Both the position numbers and the translations under genes were made by a program. A stretch of 64,000 bases of DNA from Escherichia coli (GTDB lineage Bacteria > Pseudomonadota > Gammaproteobacteria > Enterobacterales > Enterobacteriaceae): the NCBI RefSeq assembly GCF_044324785.1, contig NZ_CP172127.1; one strand, given 5' to 3'. The notes below the pieces were generated by a model. It saw nothing but the letters and a program-made list of their open reading frames with translations. It was not told the DNA's origin and ran no database searches. Shown here piece after piece: positions 22,613-38,420 of this stretch. Each line of letters opens with the position of its first letter. The stretch's first letter is position 1.

Positions 22613-23162
22613 TGAGATAATTTCCTGATGAACGAATTAACGAACATAGGCAGACACAAATAGTGGCGTCTGCTTGTCAGAAAAACCGGGAAATCCCCGA
22701 TTTCCTTTTCCGCAGAAAAGGAAATACCTTTATGTAAGAAAGTACACCGCCACCTAATATATCCAGTGTCTGTAGCCACTCATCAGGTGGTTGGGCGCGG
22801 GATTATATTTTTATTTATGGGTAAAAATTTAGCTTTTTGTGCAAGTTATTAAATAGATACTTAAGTTATATTTCTTACTCTGCGGGCAGTGAATAATTCA
22901 TTATTAAGAGTGAATAATAATGACCTGTCTTTAATTAATCGCTATTGGGAATACGTCGAAGTAGGTATATACACCAGGATAAACCAATATATTTTTTATG
23001 GATATTCATTTTCCTTCATCAGACTGTGAATTGCAGGGATATCGAACTTGCACGACTCATCGCAACACTCAAACAGATTTATGAATTTCGTTCATAACCC
23101 CTGACAAATCCTGCCGTCTAATCGAGCTTTTCCCTTTACGTTATGCTTCTCATGAACGATAA

Positions 23163-25154
<1,992 letters not shown>

Positions 25155-25433
25155 CTAAACTTTCAGGAGATTTATTATGAATAAACGTACCCTCACGATT
25201 GTGCCATTCTTCTTACCGATATTCTGACACACATCATTAACTTTCTATTTTTACTCTTTTCTCCACCATAAAATCAATAAAAGCACTAACAGTAATTATA
25301 AATAAAAACAAAGCCAAAAATCTTGGTTCCAAAGCTGGTAACAACTAACCAGTTTAAATATACGCATCAAAATCAGATAAATATTTGAGGTATTGTCATA
25401 ACAAATAAACACCTATCACTGTTTTCTCCTTTT

Positions 25434-25640
25434 ATGCTGACAGAAAAAATAAAGCCATGTAATCGTATCGTTATGGCTCCTATGACGACCTGGTCAGCTA
25501 ATCCTGATGGAACCATCTCTGAGCAAGAACTCGAATATTATAAACGTCGCTCACAAAATATTGGTTTAGTAATTACAGGATATACCTATGTCACGCCAAG
25601 GAAATTCAGACATCTAGAGGAACTGGCTGGTTTCCGTTAA
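25434..25640 (+). pseudogene. N-terminal fragment of an Old-Yellow-Enzyme-type NADH:flavin oxidoreductase
   Basis: The first ~55 residues fit the OYE N-terminus (NRIVMAPMTTW...YYKRRSQNIGLVITG.TYV.P), then the frame ends. Full-length enzymes are about 340-370 aa. Confidence 0.6.
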
Positions 25641-26121
25641 TGGATTAAATATCTATTACTCTCCCGAGAGTAAAACTATCAAATCAATGAGTAACCGATA
25701 CAGTCTCACAAATTCTTTCAGATAATTAACCCGTCACTGCGGCACGTTCTCTCATAAGGCGTGCCTGCAGTGTAATCCAGTATGTATCCGGCATAGTTGA
25801 CGGTTTAATAAAGCTCAATTCCTCGCCCAGGTTACCAACAACGATATCTTGTATAACACCCCAGGAGATACGACATTATGATGAGATGCGATATGCTCCT
25901 CAGCGCCAATCAACTCGAGGACTGGGCCAGTCTTGAGATCAGACTCATTCCCGGAACTGACTTTAGGCGACATATATCAATGACGTTGGGGCAATAAAAG
26001 ATAGTCGATGTAATACATCTATTCAAATTTGTGATACATGTCAAAAAATTGGTTGACCAAACTCGTTATTTATATAAGGGCACTTACGAAGTGCGCTCTT
26101 TTTTAAAGCGAGGAAGTACCA

Positions 26122-26223
26122 ATGAAAGAGAATAAAGTACAACAAATCAGTCATAAACTGATTAATATCGTTGTTTTTGTCGCAATTGTAGAATACGCCT
26201 ATTTATTTCTCCATTTCTATTAA
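26122..26223 (+). CDS. ykgR: 33-aa small membrane protein YkgR
   Basis: ATG 26122 follows an AGGAAG SD and encodes MKENKVQQISHKLINIVVFVAIVEYAYLFLHFY, which matches the recalled K-12 YkgR. Confidence 0.75.
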   Translation: MKENKVQQISHKLINIVVFVAIVEYAYLFLHFY

Positions 26224-26561
26224 TAACGGCAATAAACTGTTCACTGCAGTGATATTTAAAATATGCATCCTCTCCCTTTTTTGTAAGTAATTATTATATC
26301 CGTGGGAGAGGAATACACGCTGTCAGGTAATCAATCATACTACGATAAATCATCGGCCAGTAAAGTGGAGATAACCTCCATTCTCGAAAAATCCATACTC
26401 TCAGCAAAACCATCATCAATCACTCATCCAGGCGTTTATGGGAGCGTCACCAATGGCTGCTAACAATGCCAGAGTTCCCCGTTGCCGAAATTCCACATCC
26501 ACAAAGGGTCACAGGGATTGGGTGTTGAAATGATCCGGATGAGCATGTATCCTTACGGTTA

Positions 26562-26576
26562 TGTTATAACATAACA
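26562..26576. promoter_or_regulatory. Zur box upstream of rpmE2-rpmJ2
   Basis: TGTTAT-AAC-ATAACA palindrome lies 11 nt upstream of the rpmE2 ATG. ykgM-ykgO are known zinc-repressed paralogs. Confidence 0.75.
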
Positions 26577-26586
26577 GGCGAAAATA

Positions 26587-26850
26587 ATGAAACCCAATAT
26601 CCATCCTGAGTATCGTACTGTGGTGTTCCACGACACCAGTGTTGATGAGTACTTTAAAATCGGCTCGACTATCAAAACAGACCGTGAGATTGAGCTGGAT
26701 GGCGTAACGTATCCGTACGTAACAATTGATGTCTCTTCGAAATCGCACCCGTTCTATACAGGGAAGCTGAGAACAGTGGCATCAGAAGGAAATGTTGCAC
26801 GGTTCACCCAACGTTTTGGTCGTTTTGTTAGCACGAAAAAGGGGGCATGA
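26587..26850 (+). CDS. rpmE2: ribosomal protein L31 type B (zinc-independent paralog)
   Basis: [18 protein letters not shown]..., 87 aa, lacking the CxxC zinc motif. Confidence 0.95.
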
Positions 26851-26990
26851 TGAAAGTCCTTAACTCTCTGCGTACCGCAAAAGAACGCCATCCAGACTGT
26901 CAGATTGTGAAGCGAAAAGGACGGCTGTATGTGATTTGTAAATCTAATCCACGTTTTAAGGCCGTTCAGGGTCGTAAGAAAAAACGTTGA
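26850..26990 (+). CDS. rpmJ2: ribosomal protein L36 paralog
   Basis: Its ATG overlaps the rpmE2 stop (ATGA). It encodes [46 protein letters not shown] (46 aa). It is below the ORF-track size cutoff. Confidence 0.9.
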   Translation: MKVLNSLRTAKERHPDCQIVKRKGRLYVICKSNPRFKAVQGRKKKR

Positions 26991-27041
26991 GTTAAAATTC
27001 GACGAATTAACGATATTTGTCTGATTAATAATCAGACCGGA

Positions 27042-27080
27042 TTAATGTTGGTGTATTTATTACACCAGCATTAATTTTCC
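27042..27080 (+). terminator. rho-independent terminator after rpmJ2
   Basis: 14-bp stem ttaatgttggtgta / tacaccagcattaa with a 5-nt loop, followed by TTTT. Confidence 0.8.
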
Positions 27081-28004
27081 TGGGGATGTATCTTCCTGTT
27101 CATTTAAGGTCAACTGCCTGACGTTTCTCTCCGAATATTCCATTATATTAATGTTGACTTGTTGACCAGCTTCGCCCTGTATGCTGGCATCAACTCTATT
27201 TTAGACTGAACACGCCACTCAGTTTCCTCCCTTTGCGACGCAGCCTGCATTTACACTCAAACTGTTAAGATGATAAATGTGGTAAATCTGTTGGTACTGA
27301 CATAAAAACGTTTACGCCACAGGAACGACCTGATCCATCGGTAACCCCATCGCCGACGTTCGAGTGCCAGTTAGAGTAACGCGCACAGATGACTGAATGC
27401 AGTGCCCTGGCAAAGAGGCCATCGTTCCTGTGACAACTGGCAGTCTTCGTTTAACTTCACTTAATTTGGCTCTTAGGGGGCTTACCGGACAGATGACGTA
27501 CTTACGCCTGTTTAATTTTTCATCACTTATTGGGATGAACACCCATAACCATTTTGTGCGGCATGTTAATCCATTAAAACACCTTACTGATTGGCAAATC
27601 ATCTTTAATTATGACTTATGATAGTTTTATATTCTATTTCTTATCATTTAAACTTGTTTTTTTACTAGTCCATTACACAACACATTAAGACTATTCCTAA
27701 CACCTCAGGGCAAAGTTCCTGGCTAATATAAAATGCAAGTAAGAATTGAACGTTATATTGCCAATAACCTTATGAAACTGAATGTCTTTTTCTTCTTATC
27801 AAAAAAGCAATATTTTCATTTTTTGTAAATATTGACTTAACCATGGAATTCATTTTCTGTTCACATATTGACACTCATCAGGAAAAAAACATAAATTTAA
27901 ACCTAATCGAAATAATTAAAACTTAATCTCGTTTAACCTATATTGATATGTGCTACGTATCTTATTTACTTCCGATTTACTAAAGAAACTGAATGTACCT
28001 GTAA

Positions 28005-28616
<612 letters not shown>

Positions 28617-28690
28617 ACTCCAGGCAAGTTAGTTTTAAAAAATGACTCACAGGGACATCACGTCCTCAATTCAACTCGGGAAGAAATGCA

Positions 28691-29278
28691 ATGAAAAAAA
28701 AGGTTCTGGCAATAGCTCTGGTAACGGTGTTTACCGGCATGGGTGTGGCGCAGGCTGCTGACGTAACAGCTCAGGCTGTAGCGACCTGGTCAGCAACAGC
28801 CAAAAAAGACACCACCAGTAAGCTGGTTGTGACGCCACTCGGTAGCCTGGCGTTCCAGTATGCCGAAGGCATTAAAGGTTTTAACTCACAGAAAGGTCTA
28901 TTTGACGTGGCTATCGAGGGTGACTCAACGGCTACCGCCTTTAAACTGACCTCACGTCTTATCACCAACACCTTAACCCAGTTGGATACCTCAGGTTCCA
29001 CACTGAATGTGGGCGTGGATTATAACGGCGCGGCAGTCGAAAAAACTGGCGATACCGTGATGATCGATACCGCCAACGGCGTACTGGGCGGCAACCTTAG
29101 CCCACTGGCTAACGGTTACAATGCCAGCAATCGTACCACCGCACAGGATGGTTTCACTTTCTCCATCATCAGCGGCACCACCAATGGTACCACCGCAGTA
29201 ACCGATTACAGCACTCTACCGGAAGGCATCTGGAGCGGCGACGTTAGCGTACAGTTCGACGCTACCTGGACCAGTTAA
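28691..29278 (+). CDS. ecpA: common pilus major subunit EcpA/MatB
   Basis: 195 aa with a signal peptide. It is Thr/Gly-rich and pilin-like, and is the first structural gene of the operon. Confidence 0.9.
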   Translation: MKKKVLAIALVTVFTGMGVAQAADVTAQAVATWSATAKKDTTSKLVVTPLGSLAFQYAEGIKGFNSQKGLFDVAIEGDSTATAFKLTSRLITNTLTQLDTSGSTLNVGVDYNGAAVEKTGDTVMIDTANGVLGGNLSPLANGYNASNRTTAQDGFTFSIISGTTNGTTAVTDYSTLPEGIWSGDVSVQFDATWTS

Positions 29279-29293
29279 TCTCTCTGATGTACC

Positions 29294-29320
29294 AGCAGGG
29301 GTACCCCCCTGCTTTATTCC
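29294..29320 (+). terminator. intra-operon hairpin (attenuator-type) after ecpA
   Basis: 8-bp GC-rich stem agcagggg / cccctgct with a 4-nt loop and a T-rich tail, between ecpA and ecpB. Confidence 0.45.
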
Positions 29321-29334
29321 TGGACGGAATTGTT

Positions 29335-30003
29335 ATGAAAAAGCACCTTCTGCCTCTCACTCTGCTGTTTTCCGGAATATCTCCGGCCCAGGCGCTGGAT
29401 GTCGGCGATATATCATCGTTTATGAACAGTGACAGCAGCACGCTGAGCAAAACGATCCAAAACAGTACCGACAGTGGCCGCCTCATCAATATCCGTCTCG
29501 AACGGCTCTCTTCACCGCTTGACGACGGGCAGGTTATCGCAATGGACAAGCCGGATGAGTTGCTACTCACTCCCGCCAGCTTGCTGCTACCCGCCCAAGC
29601 CAGCGAAGTGATCCGCTTCTTCTATAAGGGACCCGCAGATGAAAAAGAGCGCTACTACCGCGTTGTCTGGTTTGATCAGGCCCTCAGTGATGCGCAGCGC
29701 GATAATGCCAACCGCAGCGCTGTGGCCACTGCTTCCGCCCGCATCGGCACCATTCTGGTCGTCGCACCCCGCCAGGCGAACTACCACTTTCAGTACGCCA
29801 ACAGCTCCCTGACAAATACAGGAAATGCGACGCTGCGGATCCTCGCCTACGGCCCCTGCCTGAAAGCCGCCAATGGTAAAGAGTGTAAAGAGAATTACTA
29901 CCTGATGCCGGGTAAGTCGCGTCGTTTTACCCGCGTGGATACGGCGGATAACAAAGGACGGGTTGCACTTTGGCAGGGTGATAAGTTCATTCCCGTGAAA
30001 TAG
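29335..30003 (+). CDS. ecpB: pilus chaperone EcpB
   Basis: Start at [20 protein letters not shown] (signal peptide), 222 aa. It is paralogous to EcpE (shared ERYYRV motif). Confidence 0.85.
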   Translation: MKKHLLPLTLLFSGISPAQALDVGDISSFMNSDSSTLSKTIQNSTDSGRLINIRLERLSSPLDDGQVIAMDKPDELLLTPASLLLPAQASEVIRFFYKGPADEKERYYRVVWFDQALSDAQRDNANRSAVATASARIGTILVVAPRQANYHFQYANSSLTNTGNATLRILAYGPCLKAANGKECKENYYLMPGKSRRFTRVDTADNKGRVALWQGDKFIPVK

Positions 30004-30028
30004 ATAGCTGTGCAGATGGATAACGACA

Positions 30029-32554
30029 ATGCCTTTACGACGGTTCTCCCCAGGACTGAAAGCCCAGTTTGCCTTCGGCATGGTCTTTTTGTTCGTTCAG
30101 CCCGATGCCAGCGCTGCTGACATAAGTGCGCAGCAAATAGGTGGGGTGATTATTCCGCAGGCCTTCAGTCAGGCGCTCCAGGACGGCATGAGCGTCCCGC
30201 TTTATATTCATCTCGCCGGTAGCCAGGGTCGCCAGGACGATCAGCGAATCGGCAGCGCTTTTATCTGGCTGGATGATGGACAGCTACGCATCCGGAAAAT
30301 ACAGCTGGAAGAGAGTGAAGATAACGCCAGTGTCAGCGAACAAACTCGACAGCAGCTGATGGCTCTGGCGAACGCCCCGTTCAATGAGGCCCTTACCATC
30401 CCCCTGACTGACAACGCGCAGCTGGATCTCAGCTTGCGCCAACTGCTGCTGCAGCTGGTGGTCAAGCGCGAAGCGCTGGGCACCGTACTACGCTCACGTA
30501 GCGAAGACATCGGGCAGTCCAGTGTTAACACCCTCAGCAGTAATCTGAGCTATAACTTCGGCGTCTATAACAACCAGTTGCGTAACGGCGGGAGCAACAC
30601 ATCCAGCTATCTGTCGCTGAATAACGTTACTGCACTGCGCGAACATCATGTGGTGCTCGACGGCTCGCTGTACGGGATCGGTAGCGGTCAACAGGACAGT
30701 GAATTATATAAAGCGATGTATGAACGCGATTTTGCCGGTCACCGATTTGCCGGTGGAATGCTCGACACCTGGAACTTGCAGTCCTTAGGGCCGATGACCG
30801 CCATTTCAGCAGGGAAGATTTACGGCCTTTCCTGGGGAAACCAGGCCAGCTCCACCATCTTCGACAGCAGCCAGTCAGCCACGCCAGTGATCGCCTTTTT
30901 ACCGGCGGCGGGCGAAGTACATCTCACCCGTGATGGGCGGCTACTAAGCGTTCAGAACTTCACCATGGGCAATCATGAAGTGGATACCCGGGGTCTACCG
31001 TACGGTATTTACGATGTGGAAGTTGAGGTGATCGTTAACGGTCGCGTGATCAGCAAACGCACTCAACGGGTCAATAAGCTGTTTAGCCGGGGGCGCGGCG
31101 TCGGTGCACCACTGGCGTGGCAGATATGGGGCGGTAGCTTTCATATGGATCGCTGGTCGGAAAACGGGAAAAAGACGCGACCAGCTAAAGAGAGTTGGCT
31201 GGCAGGTGCCTCGACCTCCGGCTCACTGAGTACGCTTAGCTGGGCGGCAACGGGATATGGATACGATAATCAGGCGGTGGGTGAAACCCGTCTGACGCTG
31301 CCGCTTGGGGGAGCGATCAACGTTAACCTGCAAAATATGCTGGCCAGTGACAGCTCATGGAGCAACATCGCCAGCATCAGCGCCACTCTACCGGGAGGCT
31401 TTAGTTCGCTGTGGGTTAACCAGGAAAAAACCCGCATTGGCAATCAATTGCGACGTAGCGATGCCGACAACCGTGCAATCGGCGGCACACTCAACCTGAA
31501 CTCACTGTGGTCGAAGCTGGGCACATTCAGCATCAGCTACAATGATGACCGCCGTTACAACAGCCATTATTACACGGCAGATTACTATCAAAGTGTCTAC
31601 AGCGGTACCTTTGGTTCGCTTGGCCTGCGGGCCGGTATTCAGCGCTATAACAACGGCGACAGCAGCGCCAATACAGGGAAATATATCGCTCTCGATCTCT
31701 CGCTACCACTGGGCAACTGGTTTAGCGCAGGGATGACCCATCAAAACGGCTACACCATGGCAAACCTGTCAGCACGCAAACAGTTTGATGAAGGAACCAT
31801 TCGCACTGTTGGTGCCAATCTGTCACGAGCCATCTCCGGCGATACCGGTGATGACAAAACCCTCAGCGGTGGGGCGTATGCACAGTTCGACGCTCGTTAC
31901 GCCAGCGGAACGCTGAACGTCAATAGCGCGGCGGACGGCTACATCAATACCAATTTGACCGCCAACGGCAGCGTCGGCTGGCAAGGTAAAAACATCGCTG
32001 CCAGCGGGCGGACCGATGGCAATGCTGGGGTGATATTCGACACTGGCCTGGAGAACGATGGTCAGATCAGCGCCAAAATCAACGGGCGGATTTTCCCGCT
32101 TAACGGCAAGCGTAACTATCTCCCGCTCTCTCCCTATGGAAGATATGAGGTGGAGTTACAGAACAGCAAAAACTCACTCGACAGTTACGATATCGTCAGC
32201 GGTCGCAAAAGCCATCTGACTCTCTATCCAGGCAATGTCGCTGTCATTGAGCCAGAAGTGAAGCAGATGGTTACCGTCTCCGGTCGTATCCGTGCGGAAG
32301 ACGGCACACTGCTGGCTAACGCACGGATTAACAACCATATCGGCCGAACCCGAACCGATGAAAACGGCGAGTTTGTCATGGACGTGGATAAGAAATACCC
32401 CACTATCGATTTTCGCTACAGTGGCAATAAAACCTGCGAAGTGGCACTGGAACTCAACCAGGCGCGCGGTGCCGTCTGGGTCGGTGATGTGGTCTGCAGC
32501 GGCCTCTCATCGTGGGCGGCGGTGACGCAGACAGGAGAAGAGAATGAGAGTTAA
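30029..32554 (+). CDS. ecpC: pilus usher EcpC
   Basis: 841-aa secreted beta-rich protein located between the chaperone and the tip adhesin. Confidence 0.85.
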   Translation: MPLRRFSPGLKAQFAFGMVFLFVQPDASAADISAQQIGGVIIPQAFSQALQDGMSVPLYIHLAGSQGRQDDQRIGSAFIWLDDGQLRIRKIQLEESEDNASVSEQTRQQLMALANAPFNEALTIPLTDNAQLDLSLRQLLLQLVVKREALGTVLRSRSEDIGQSSVNTLSSNLSYNFGVYNNQLRNGGSNTSSYLSLNNVTALREHHVVLDGSLYGIGSGQQDSELYKAMYERDFAGHRFAGGMLDTWNLQSLGPMTAISAGKIYGLSWGNQASSTIFDSSQSATPVIAFLPAAGEVHLTRDGRLLSVQNFTMGNHEVDTRGLPYGIYDVEVEVIVNGRVISKRTQRVNKLFSRGRGVGAPLAWQIWGGSFHMDRWSENGKKTRPAKESWLAGASTSGSLSTLSWAATGYGYDNQAVGETRLTLPLGGAINVNLQNMLASDSSWSNIASISATLPGGFSSLWVNQEKTRIGNQLRRSDADNRAIGGTLNLNSLWSKLGTFSISYNDDRRYNSHYYTADYYQSVYSGTFGSLGLRAGIQRYNNGDSSANTGKYIALDLSLPLGNWFSAGMTHQNGYTMANLSARKQFDEGTIRTVGANLSRAISGDTGDDKTLSGGAYAQFDARYASGTLNVNSAADGYINTNLTANGSVGWQGKNIAASGRTDGNAGVIFDTGLENDGQISAKINGRIFPLNGKRNYLPLSPYGRYEVELQNSKNSLDSYDIVSGRKSHLTLYPGNVAVIEPEVKQMVTVSGRIRAEDGTLLANARINNHIGRTRTDENGEFVMDVDKKYPTIDFRYSGNKTCEVALELNQARGAVWVGDVVCSGLSSWAAVTQTGEENES

Positions 32555-34187
32555 CCTACTGATAGCGATGATAATCGTTGCGCTAATCTGGCCTGCAACC
32601 GCGCTCAGAGCGGCAGTGAGCAAAACAACCTGGGCGGATGCACCGGCACGCGAGTTTGTGTTTGTCGAAAACAACTCAGACGACAACTTTTTCGTCACTC
32701 CTGGCGGGGCGCTGGATCCGCGCCTGACCGGTGCCAACCGCTGGACCGGTTTAAAATACAATGGTTCAGGAACCATCTATCAGCAAAGTCTCGGCTACAT
32801 TGATAACGGTTACAACACCGGCCTTTATACCAACTGGAAGTTTGATATGTGGCTGGAAAATTCACCAGTTTCATCTCCTTTAACTGGCTTGCGCTGCATC
32901 AACTGGTACGCAGGGTGTAATATGACCACCAGTCTTATCCTGCCGCAAACCACCGACGCCAGTGGATTTTATGGCGCGACGGTGACCAGCGGCGGCGCGA
33001 AGTGGATGCACGGCATGTTGTCAGACGCGTTTTACCAGTATCTGCAACAAATGCCCGTCGGCAGCAGCTTTACAATGACCATCAATGCCTGCCAGACCTC
33101 TGTGAACTATGACGCCAGCAGCGGCGCACGCTGTAAGGATCAGGCCTCCGGCAACTGGTATGTTCGCAACGTCACCCATACGAAAGCAGCAAATCTGCGG
33201 TTGATAAATACCCACTCGCTGGCGGAAGTATTTATCAACAGCGACGGAGTACCGACTCTGGGCGAAGGGAACGCCGACTGCCGGACGCAAACCATCGGCA
33301 GCCGTTCAGGATTAAGTTGTAAGATGGTTAACTATACCCTGCAAACAAACGGACTCAGCAACACCTCAATCCATATATTCCCGGCGATCGCCAACTCGTC
33401 GTTAGCCTCGGCCGTCGGGGCGTACGATATGCAGTTCAGTCTGAATGGCAGTTCATGGAAACCGGTGAGCAATACCGCCTATTACTACACCTTCAACGAG
33501 ATGAAGAGCGCAGACTCGATCTATGTTTTCTTCTCGAGCAACTTCTTTAAGCAGATGGTGAACCTCGGGATCAGCGATATCAACACCAAAGATCTATTCA
33601 ACTTTCGCTTTCAGAACACCACATCACCGGAGTCTGGCTGGTATGAATTTTCTACCTCCAACACGCTGATTATCAAACCCCGTGATTTCAGCATCAGTAT
33701 TATCTCCGATGAATATACTCAGACACCGTCGCGGGAGGGATATGTCGGCAGCGGCGAGTCGGCACTCGATTTCGGCTATATCGTAACCACCAGCGGTAAA
33801 ACAGCTGCCGACGAAGTGCTGATCAAGGTGACCGGACCAGCGCAGGTGATTGGCGGACGCTCCTATTGTGTCTTCAGCTCCGATGACGGTAAGGCGAAAG
33901 TACCGTTCCCGGCGACGCTTTCCTTTATTACCCGCAACGGAGCTACAAAAACCTACGATGCCGGGTGCGATGATAGCTGGCGGGATATGACCGATGCGCT
34001 GTGGCTGACCACACCGTGGACTGATATCTCTGGCGAAGTGGGGCAGATGGATAAGACCACAGTCAAATTTTCGATTCCAATGGATAACGCCATTTCGCTG
34101 CGTACGGTAGATGATAACGGCTGGTTTGGCGAAGTCAGCGCTTCAGGAGAAATTCATGTTCAGGCGACGTGGCGTAACATTAACTAA
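32544..34187 (+). CDS. ecpD: pilus tip adhesin / polymerised minor subunit EcpD
   Basis: 547 aa with a signal peptide. It overlaps the ecpC stop by 11 nt. Confidence 0.85.
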   Translation: MRVNLLIAMIIVALIWPATALRAAVSKTTWADAPAREFVFVENNSDDNFFVTPGGALDPRLTGANRWTGLKYNGSGTIYQQSLGYIDNGYNTGLYTNWKFDMWLENSPVSSPLTGLRCINWYAGCNMTTSLILPQTTDASGFYGATVTSGGAKWMHGMLSDAFYQYLQQMPVGSSFTMTINACQTSVNYDASSGARCKDQASGNWYVRNVTHTKAANLRLINTHSLAEVFINSDGVPTLGEGNADCRTQTIGSRSGLSCKMVNYTLQTNGLSNTSIHIFPAIANSSLASAVGAYDMQFSLNGSSWKPVSNTAYYYTFNEMKSADSIYVFFSSNFFKQMVNLGISDINTKDLFNFRFQNTTSPESGWYEFSTSNTLIIKPRDFSISIISDEYTQTPSREGYVGSGESALDFGYIVTTSGKTAADEVLIKVTGPAQVIGGRSYCVFSSDDGKAKVPFPATLSFITRNGATKTYDAGCDDSWRDMTDALWLTTPWTDISGEVGQMDKTTVKFSIPMDNAISLRTVDDNGWFGEVSASGEIHVQATWRNIN

Positions 34188-34866
34188 GGCCCTGCTGACA
34201 GCGGTCTGTATGCTGGCGGCACCTTTGACACAGGCGATTTCGGTCGGCAATCTGACATTTTCGCTGCCGTCCGAGACTGACTTTGTCAGCAAACGTGTAG
34301 TGAATAACAACAAAAGCGCACGGATATACCGTATTGCCATCAGTGCTATCGATAGCCCGGGCAGCAGTGAATTGCGCACCCGACCGGTGGATGGTGAACT
34401 GCTTTTCGCCCCCCGCCAGCTGGCGTTGCAGGCTGGTGAGAGCGAGTATTTTAAATTTTACTATCATGGTCCACAGGATAACCGCGAGCGCTACTACCGG
34501 GTCTCATTTCGCGAGGTCCCCACTCGCAACCAGACAAGACGCAGCCCAACCGGCGGCGAGGTCAGCACGGAGCCGGTGGTGGTGATGGATACCATTCTGG
34601 TAGTACGACCTCGTCAGGTTCAGTTTAAATGGTCCTTCGACCAGGTGACAGGAACGGTAAGTAACACCGGCAACACGTGGTTTAAGCTACTGATTAAACC
34701 AGGATGTGATTCGACCGAAGAGGAAGGCGACGCCTGGTATCTACGTCCGGGAGACGTAGTTCATCAGCCTGAGTTACGTCAGCCGGGGAATCATTATCTG
34801 GTCTATAACGACAAATTCATTAAGATTAGCGATTCCTGTCCTGCTAAGCCCCCTTCGGCGGACTAA
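34156..34866 (+). CDS. ecpE: pilus chaperone EcpE
   Basis: ATG 34156 follows AGGAG (34145-34149). It starts [27 protein letters not shown] and is 236 aa. Confidence 0.85.
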   Translation: MFRRRGVTLTKALLTAVCMLAAPLTQAISVGNLTFSLPSETDFVSKRVVNNNKSARIYRIAISAIDSPGSSELRTRPVDGELLFAPRQLALQAGESEYFKFYYHGPQDNRERYYRVSFREVPTRNQTRRSPTGGEVSTEPVVVMDTILVVRPRQVQFKWSFDQVTGTVSNTGNTWFKLLIKPGCDSTEEEGDAWYLRPGDVVHQPELRQPGNHYLVYNDKFIKISDSCPAKPPSAD

Positions 34867-35179
34867 GACTTATCCATCGGACGAGGGAAGAACTCCACCT
34901 CAGAGACTCAAATAATCGTTTAAATGATGTGGACGCGATCGTCAATGTCACCTGTAATGATGGGCTTTCTCATATGTACACCATAGTGTTCAGGAGACAC
35001 GGAAAGGTGCCAGGCAGCCTGCTAACGAGTGGTTTATTCACGAATTAGTACGTAAAATCGGTAACGGCTGGAAATCATTCAATACTTACACTATCGAAAG
35101 TTCCCCAGCCAACCGTGGTACGTTCTTACATACGATGTACCGCTGTTCTCTTTACGATTTATAGCTGTACTGGTGAATT

Positions 35180-35509
35180 ATGAGCAATCTGAATCCATGC
35201 ATGACGTGTGGTGCCTGTTGTGCATTTTTCCGCGTCTCTTTTTACTGGGCCGAAGCCGACGATGCTGGCGGTACCATTCCCGCCAGGCTCACTGAACAAA
35301 TATCCCCTTTTCACCGATGCATGAGCGGTACCAATCAGAAAAACCCCCGATGTATTGCCCTTGCAGGAACACCGGGCAAAAATGCCTGCTGCACGATATA
35401 TAAAAATCGATCGTCCACGTGCAGAGAATTCGCCATGTCTGGTGAGAACGGAGTCGTCAATGAGGCTTGCAATCGTGCAAGAGCTAAATACGGGCTGACA
35501 CCGTTATAA
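35180..35509 (+). CDS. ykgJ: cysteine-rich YkgJ-family (putative Zn/Fe-binding) protein
   Basis: 109 aa starting with a CxxCGACC motif ([12 protein letters not shown]). Confidence 0.85.
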
Positions 35510-35531
35510 ATATGCAATAATTAATTGCACT

Positions 35532-35565
35532 GCCCCGCCAGCTATAATCGCGGGGCTTCGTTTTT
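35532..35565 (+). terminator. rho-independent terminator after ykgJ
   Basis: Stem gccccgc / gcggggc followed by ttcgttttt. Confidence 0.7.
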
Positions 35566-35715
35566 CAGGGATCACAAAACCCGAAACTTCTTCCATCTGC
35601 CAGCAACAATGCCTCTTCCTTTATAGTGTTCTCCGGATCTACAGCATCCTGAAGTAGCGCGATGTACTCACTGGCTATCTGCATCAGAAAGTTAAAAACA
35701 ATGTTTTTAACCTAT

Positions 35716-35744
35716 AAAAATGGCGCTGTATTTGCGCCATTTTT
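35716..35744. terminator. bidirectional terminator downstream of yagU
   Basis: aaaaATGGCGC-tgtattt-GCGCCATtttt: a stem flanked by an A-run and a T-run. Confidence 0.7.
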
Positions 35745-35757
35745 ATCATTCAATGCA

Positions 35758-36372
35758 TTATCTGTTTGAGCCTAAAGGGATCTCAGGGTCTGGCTCATGA
35801 GTAATTCTGTTTCGTAAATCTCTGCGAATAATTTCAATGGACCAGAACCAGACTAAATGTCCAAAAATTTCAGAAACATTCTCATACCACGGGAGATCAA
35901 ACAGAGGTGGCGTCAGTCCCATGAGAGGGAATGAAATCATATGAACAAAAAGTTGGGCTAAAGCACCTGCCAGTAAGCCCTGCCAGAGTTTAATTTTTGG
36001 AAATACTTCAGCGACCACACAATAACCGACAGCAAACACTATCGAAAAGATAATGTGCGTAACACCAACCCAGTTAAAGACATGCCCGGCAAAGGTATAA
36101 ACAGCCGCATTGGGATCTGTCAGCCCCAGCCAGTCTCGAAGAAAAATATACGGAGGATTGAGAAAATTACGGGAGCAATCAATTTGCCCAGCAGCCCTGA
36201 TTAATGATTCCGGGCCACACGCTGCATTAAACATATCCACCGGGCTACGTGGCGGCAATGGAACTTCAGCCCCCCACTTCACAAATGCGGAAACAACGCC
36301 AGCAATCAGCCCAATGAATGCAGCAAGACCATAACGTCTGCGGTTCGGTGGAGTTTGTTCAAATATATTCAT
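35758..36372 (-). CDS. yagU: inner-membrane protein YagU (DUF1440 family)
   Basis: 204-aa multi-TM ORF starting [22 protein letters not shown]. Synteny with ykgJ and pao. Confidence 0.85.
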
Positions 36373-36777
36373 ATCTACCCTGCTTGTACCATTATGTTAT
36401 ACACCTCTTCAGGAGTATTCATAAAACAAGACAAATGTAAAGAACTGTATTGTTTTGTATAATGCAATGGTGACTAATCGCCAATTAATATAAGCATCAT
36501 CATTTCTCCATATTTTTATATTAAAAGTGACAACGATTTACAGGATGATGCTGAGCTGACAATCACAGGTTTCCTTATCGTTTTTTGCATCGCACAACTA
36601 AAGCAATAAACTAGCTCCCGTCATCGGCGAATATGAATTAATTAACCGGGCTCATAGCTGCATTCGCGTTTTAAGAATAATCCTCCTGCTCTCACCGACT
36701 ATGCTTAACGTTTAAAAAAGCATCAGCACTCTCGCAACGCACTCTTATTTTCCCCTTTAGAATACCGGAGGCCTGGT

Positions 36778-37467
36778 ATGAGCAACCAAGGCGAATACCC
36801 CGAAGATAATCGGGTTGGGAAGCACGAGCCGCACGATTTTAGTTTGACCCGGCGCGATCTGATTAAAGTGAGCGCCGCAACGGCGGCGACCGCCGTGGTT
36901 TATCCTCATTCTACACTTGCGGCAAGCGTTCCGGCAGCTACACCCGCGCCAGAGATAATGCCCCTGACACTGAAGGTGAACGGCAAAACCGAGCAGCTTG
37001 AGGTGGATACCCGAACCACGCTACTGGACGCTTTGCGTGAAAATCTGCATCTGATCGGTACCAAGAAAGGTTGCGATCACGGACAGTGCGGAGCCTGTAC
37101 CGTGCTGGTCAATGGTCGCAGGCTTAATGCCTGCCTGACGCTTGCAGTCATGCATCAGGGGGCCGAGATCACCACCATTGAAGGCCTGGGTTCACCAGAT
37201 AATCTTCACCCCATGCAGGCGGCCTTTATCAAGCATGATGGCTTCCAGTGCGGCTACTGCACCTCCGGGCAAATTTGCTCATCAGTAGCGGTGCTAAAAG
37301 AGATTCAGGACGGCATTCCCAGTCACGTCACGGTCGATTTGGTTTCCCCTCCAGAAAGAACGGCCGATGAGATCCGTGAACGTATGAGCGGCAACATCTG
37401 TCGCTGTGGTGCATACGCTAACATCCTTGCCGCCATTGAAGACGCTGCGGGGGAGATAAAATCATGA
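36778..37467 (+). CDS. paoA: periplasmic aldehyde oxidoreductase, 2Fe-2S subunit PaoA
   Basis: Tat signal ([14 protein letters not shown]) and two [2Fe-2S] cysteine clusters ([24 protein letters not shown]). Confidence 0.9.
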   Translation: MSNQGEYPEDNRVGKHEPHDFSLTRRDLIKVSAATAATAVVYPHSTLAASVPAATPAPEIMPLTLKVNGKTEQLEVDTRTTLLDALRENLHLIGTKKGCDHGQCGACTVLVNGRRLNACLTLAVMHQGAEITTIEGLGSPDNLHPMQAAFIKHDGFQCGYCTSGQICSSVAVLKEIQDGIPSHVTVDLVSPPERTADEIRERMSGNICRCGAYANILAAIEDAAGEIKS

Positions 37468-38420
37468 AGGCGTTTACCTATGAACGAGTGAACACCCCGG
37501 CCGAGGCGGCACTTAGCGCTCAGCGTGTACCCGGCGCAAAATTTATCGCTGGCGGGACCAATCTGCTGGACCTGATGAAGCTGGAAATTGAAACGCCAAC
37601 CCACCTTATCGATGTGAACGGGCTCGGGCTCGATAAGATTGAAGTGACCGACGCGGGTGGGCTGCGCATCGGCGCACTGGTACGGAACACCGACCTGGCG
37701 GCTCACGAGCGCGTGCGTCGTGATTATGCGGTACTCTCCCGCGCCTTGCTCGCGGGCGCGTCTGGTCAGTTACGTAATCAGGCAACCACCGCAGGTAATC
37801 TGCTCCAGCGCACGCGCTGCCCCTATTTTTACGACACCAATCAGCCCTGCAATAAGCGCCTGCCCGGGAGTGGCTGCGCGGCGCTTGAAGGCTTTAGCCG
37901 TCAGCACGCGGTGGTAGGCGTAAGCGAAGCCTGCATTGCCACCCATCCGAGCGATATGGCGGTCGCAATGCGGTTGCTGGATGCGGTGGTGGAAACCATC
38001 ACGCCGGAGGGAAAGACTCGCAGTATCACACTGGCTGATTTTTATCACCCACCGGGGAAAACGCCGCACATTGAAACCGCCCTGCTTCCCGGTGAGCTTA
38101 TCGTTGCGGTGACGTTACCTCCGCCGCTCGGCGGAAAACATATCTACCGTAAGGTGCGCGATCGCGCCTCCTACGCCTTTGCCCTGGTATCGGTCGCGGC
38201 GATTATTCAGCCTGACGGCAGCGGGCGCGTCGCGCTGGGCGGAGTAGCACATAAGCCCTGGCGCATTGAAGCTGCGGATGCTCAGCTATCCCTGGGGGCG
38301 CAGGCCGTATATGACGCGCTGTTCGCCAGCGCCCATCCCACCGCTGAAAACACCTTTAAACTCCTGTTGGCGAAGCGAACGCTTGCCTCCGTACTGGCTG
38401 AAGCGAGGGCACAGGCATGA
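37464..38420 (+). CDS. paoB: aldehyde oxidoreductase FAD-binding subunit PaoB
   Basis: 318 aa, CO-dehydrogenase flavoprotein-like ([13 protein letters not shown]). Its start overlaps the paoA stop. Confidence 0.9.
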   Translation: MKAFTYERVNTPAEAALSAQRVPGAKFIAGGTNLLDLMKLEIETPTHLIDVNGLGLDKIEVTDAGGLRIGALVRNTDLAAHERVRRDYAVLSRALLAGASGQLRNQATTAGNLLQRTRCPYFYDTNQPCNKRLPGSGCAALEGFSRQHAVVGVSEACIATHPSDMAVAMRLLDAVVETITPEGKTRSITLADFYHPPGKTPHIETALLPGELIVAVTLPPPLGGKHIYRKVRDRASYAFALVSVAAIIQPDGSGRVALGGVAHKPWRIEAADAQLSLGAQAVYDALFASAHPTAENTFKLLLAKRTLASVLAEARAQA

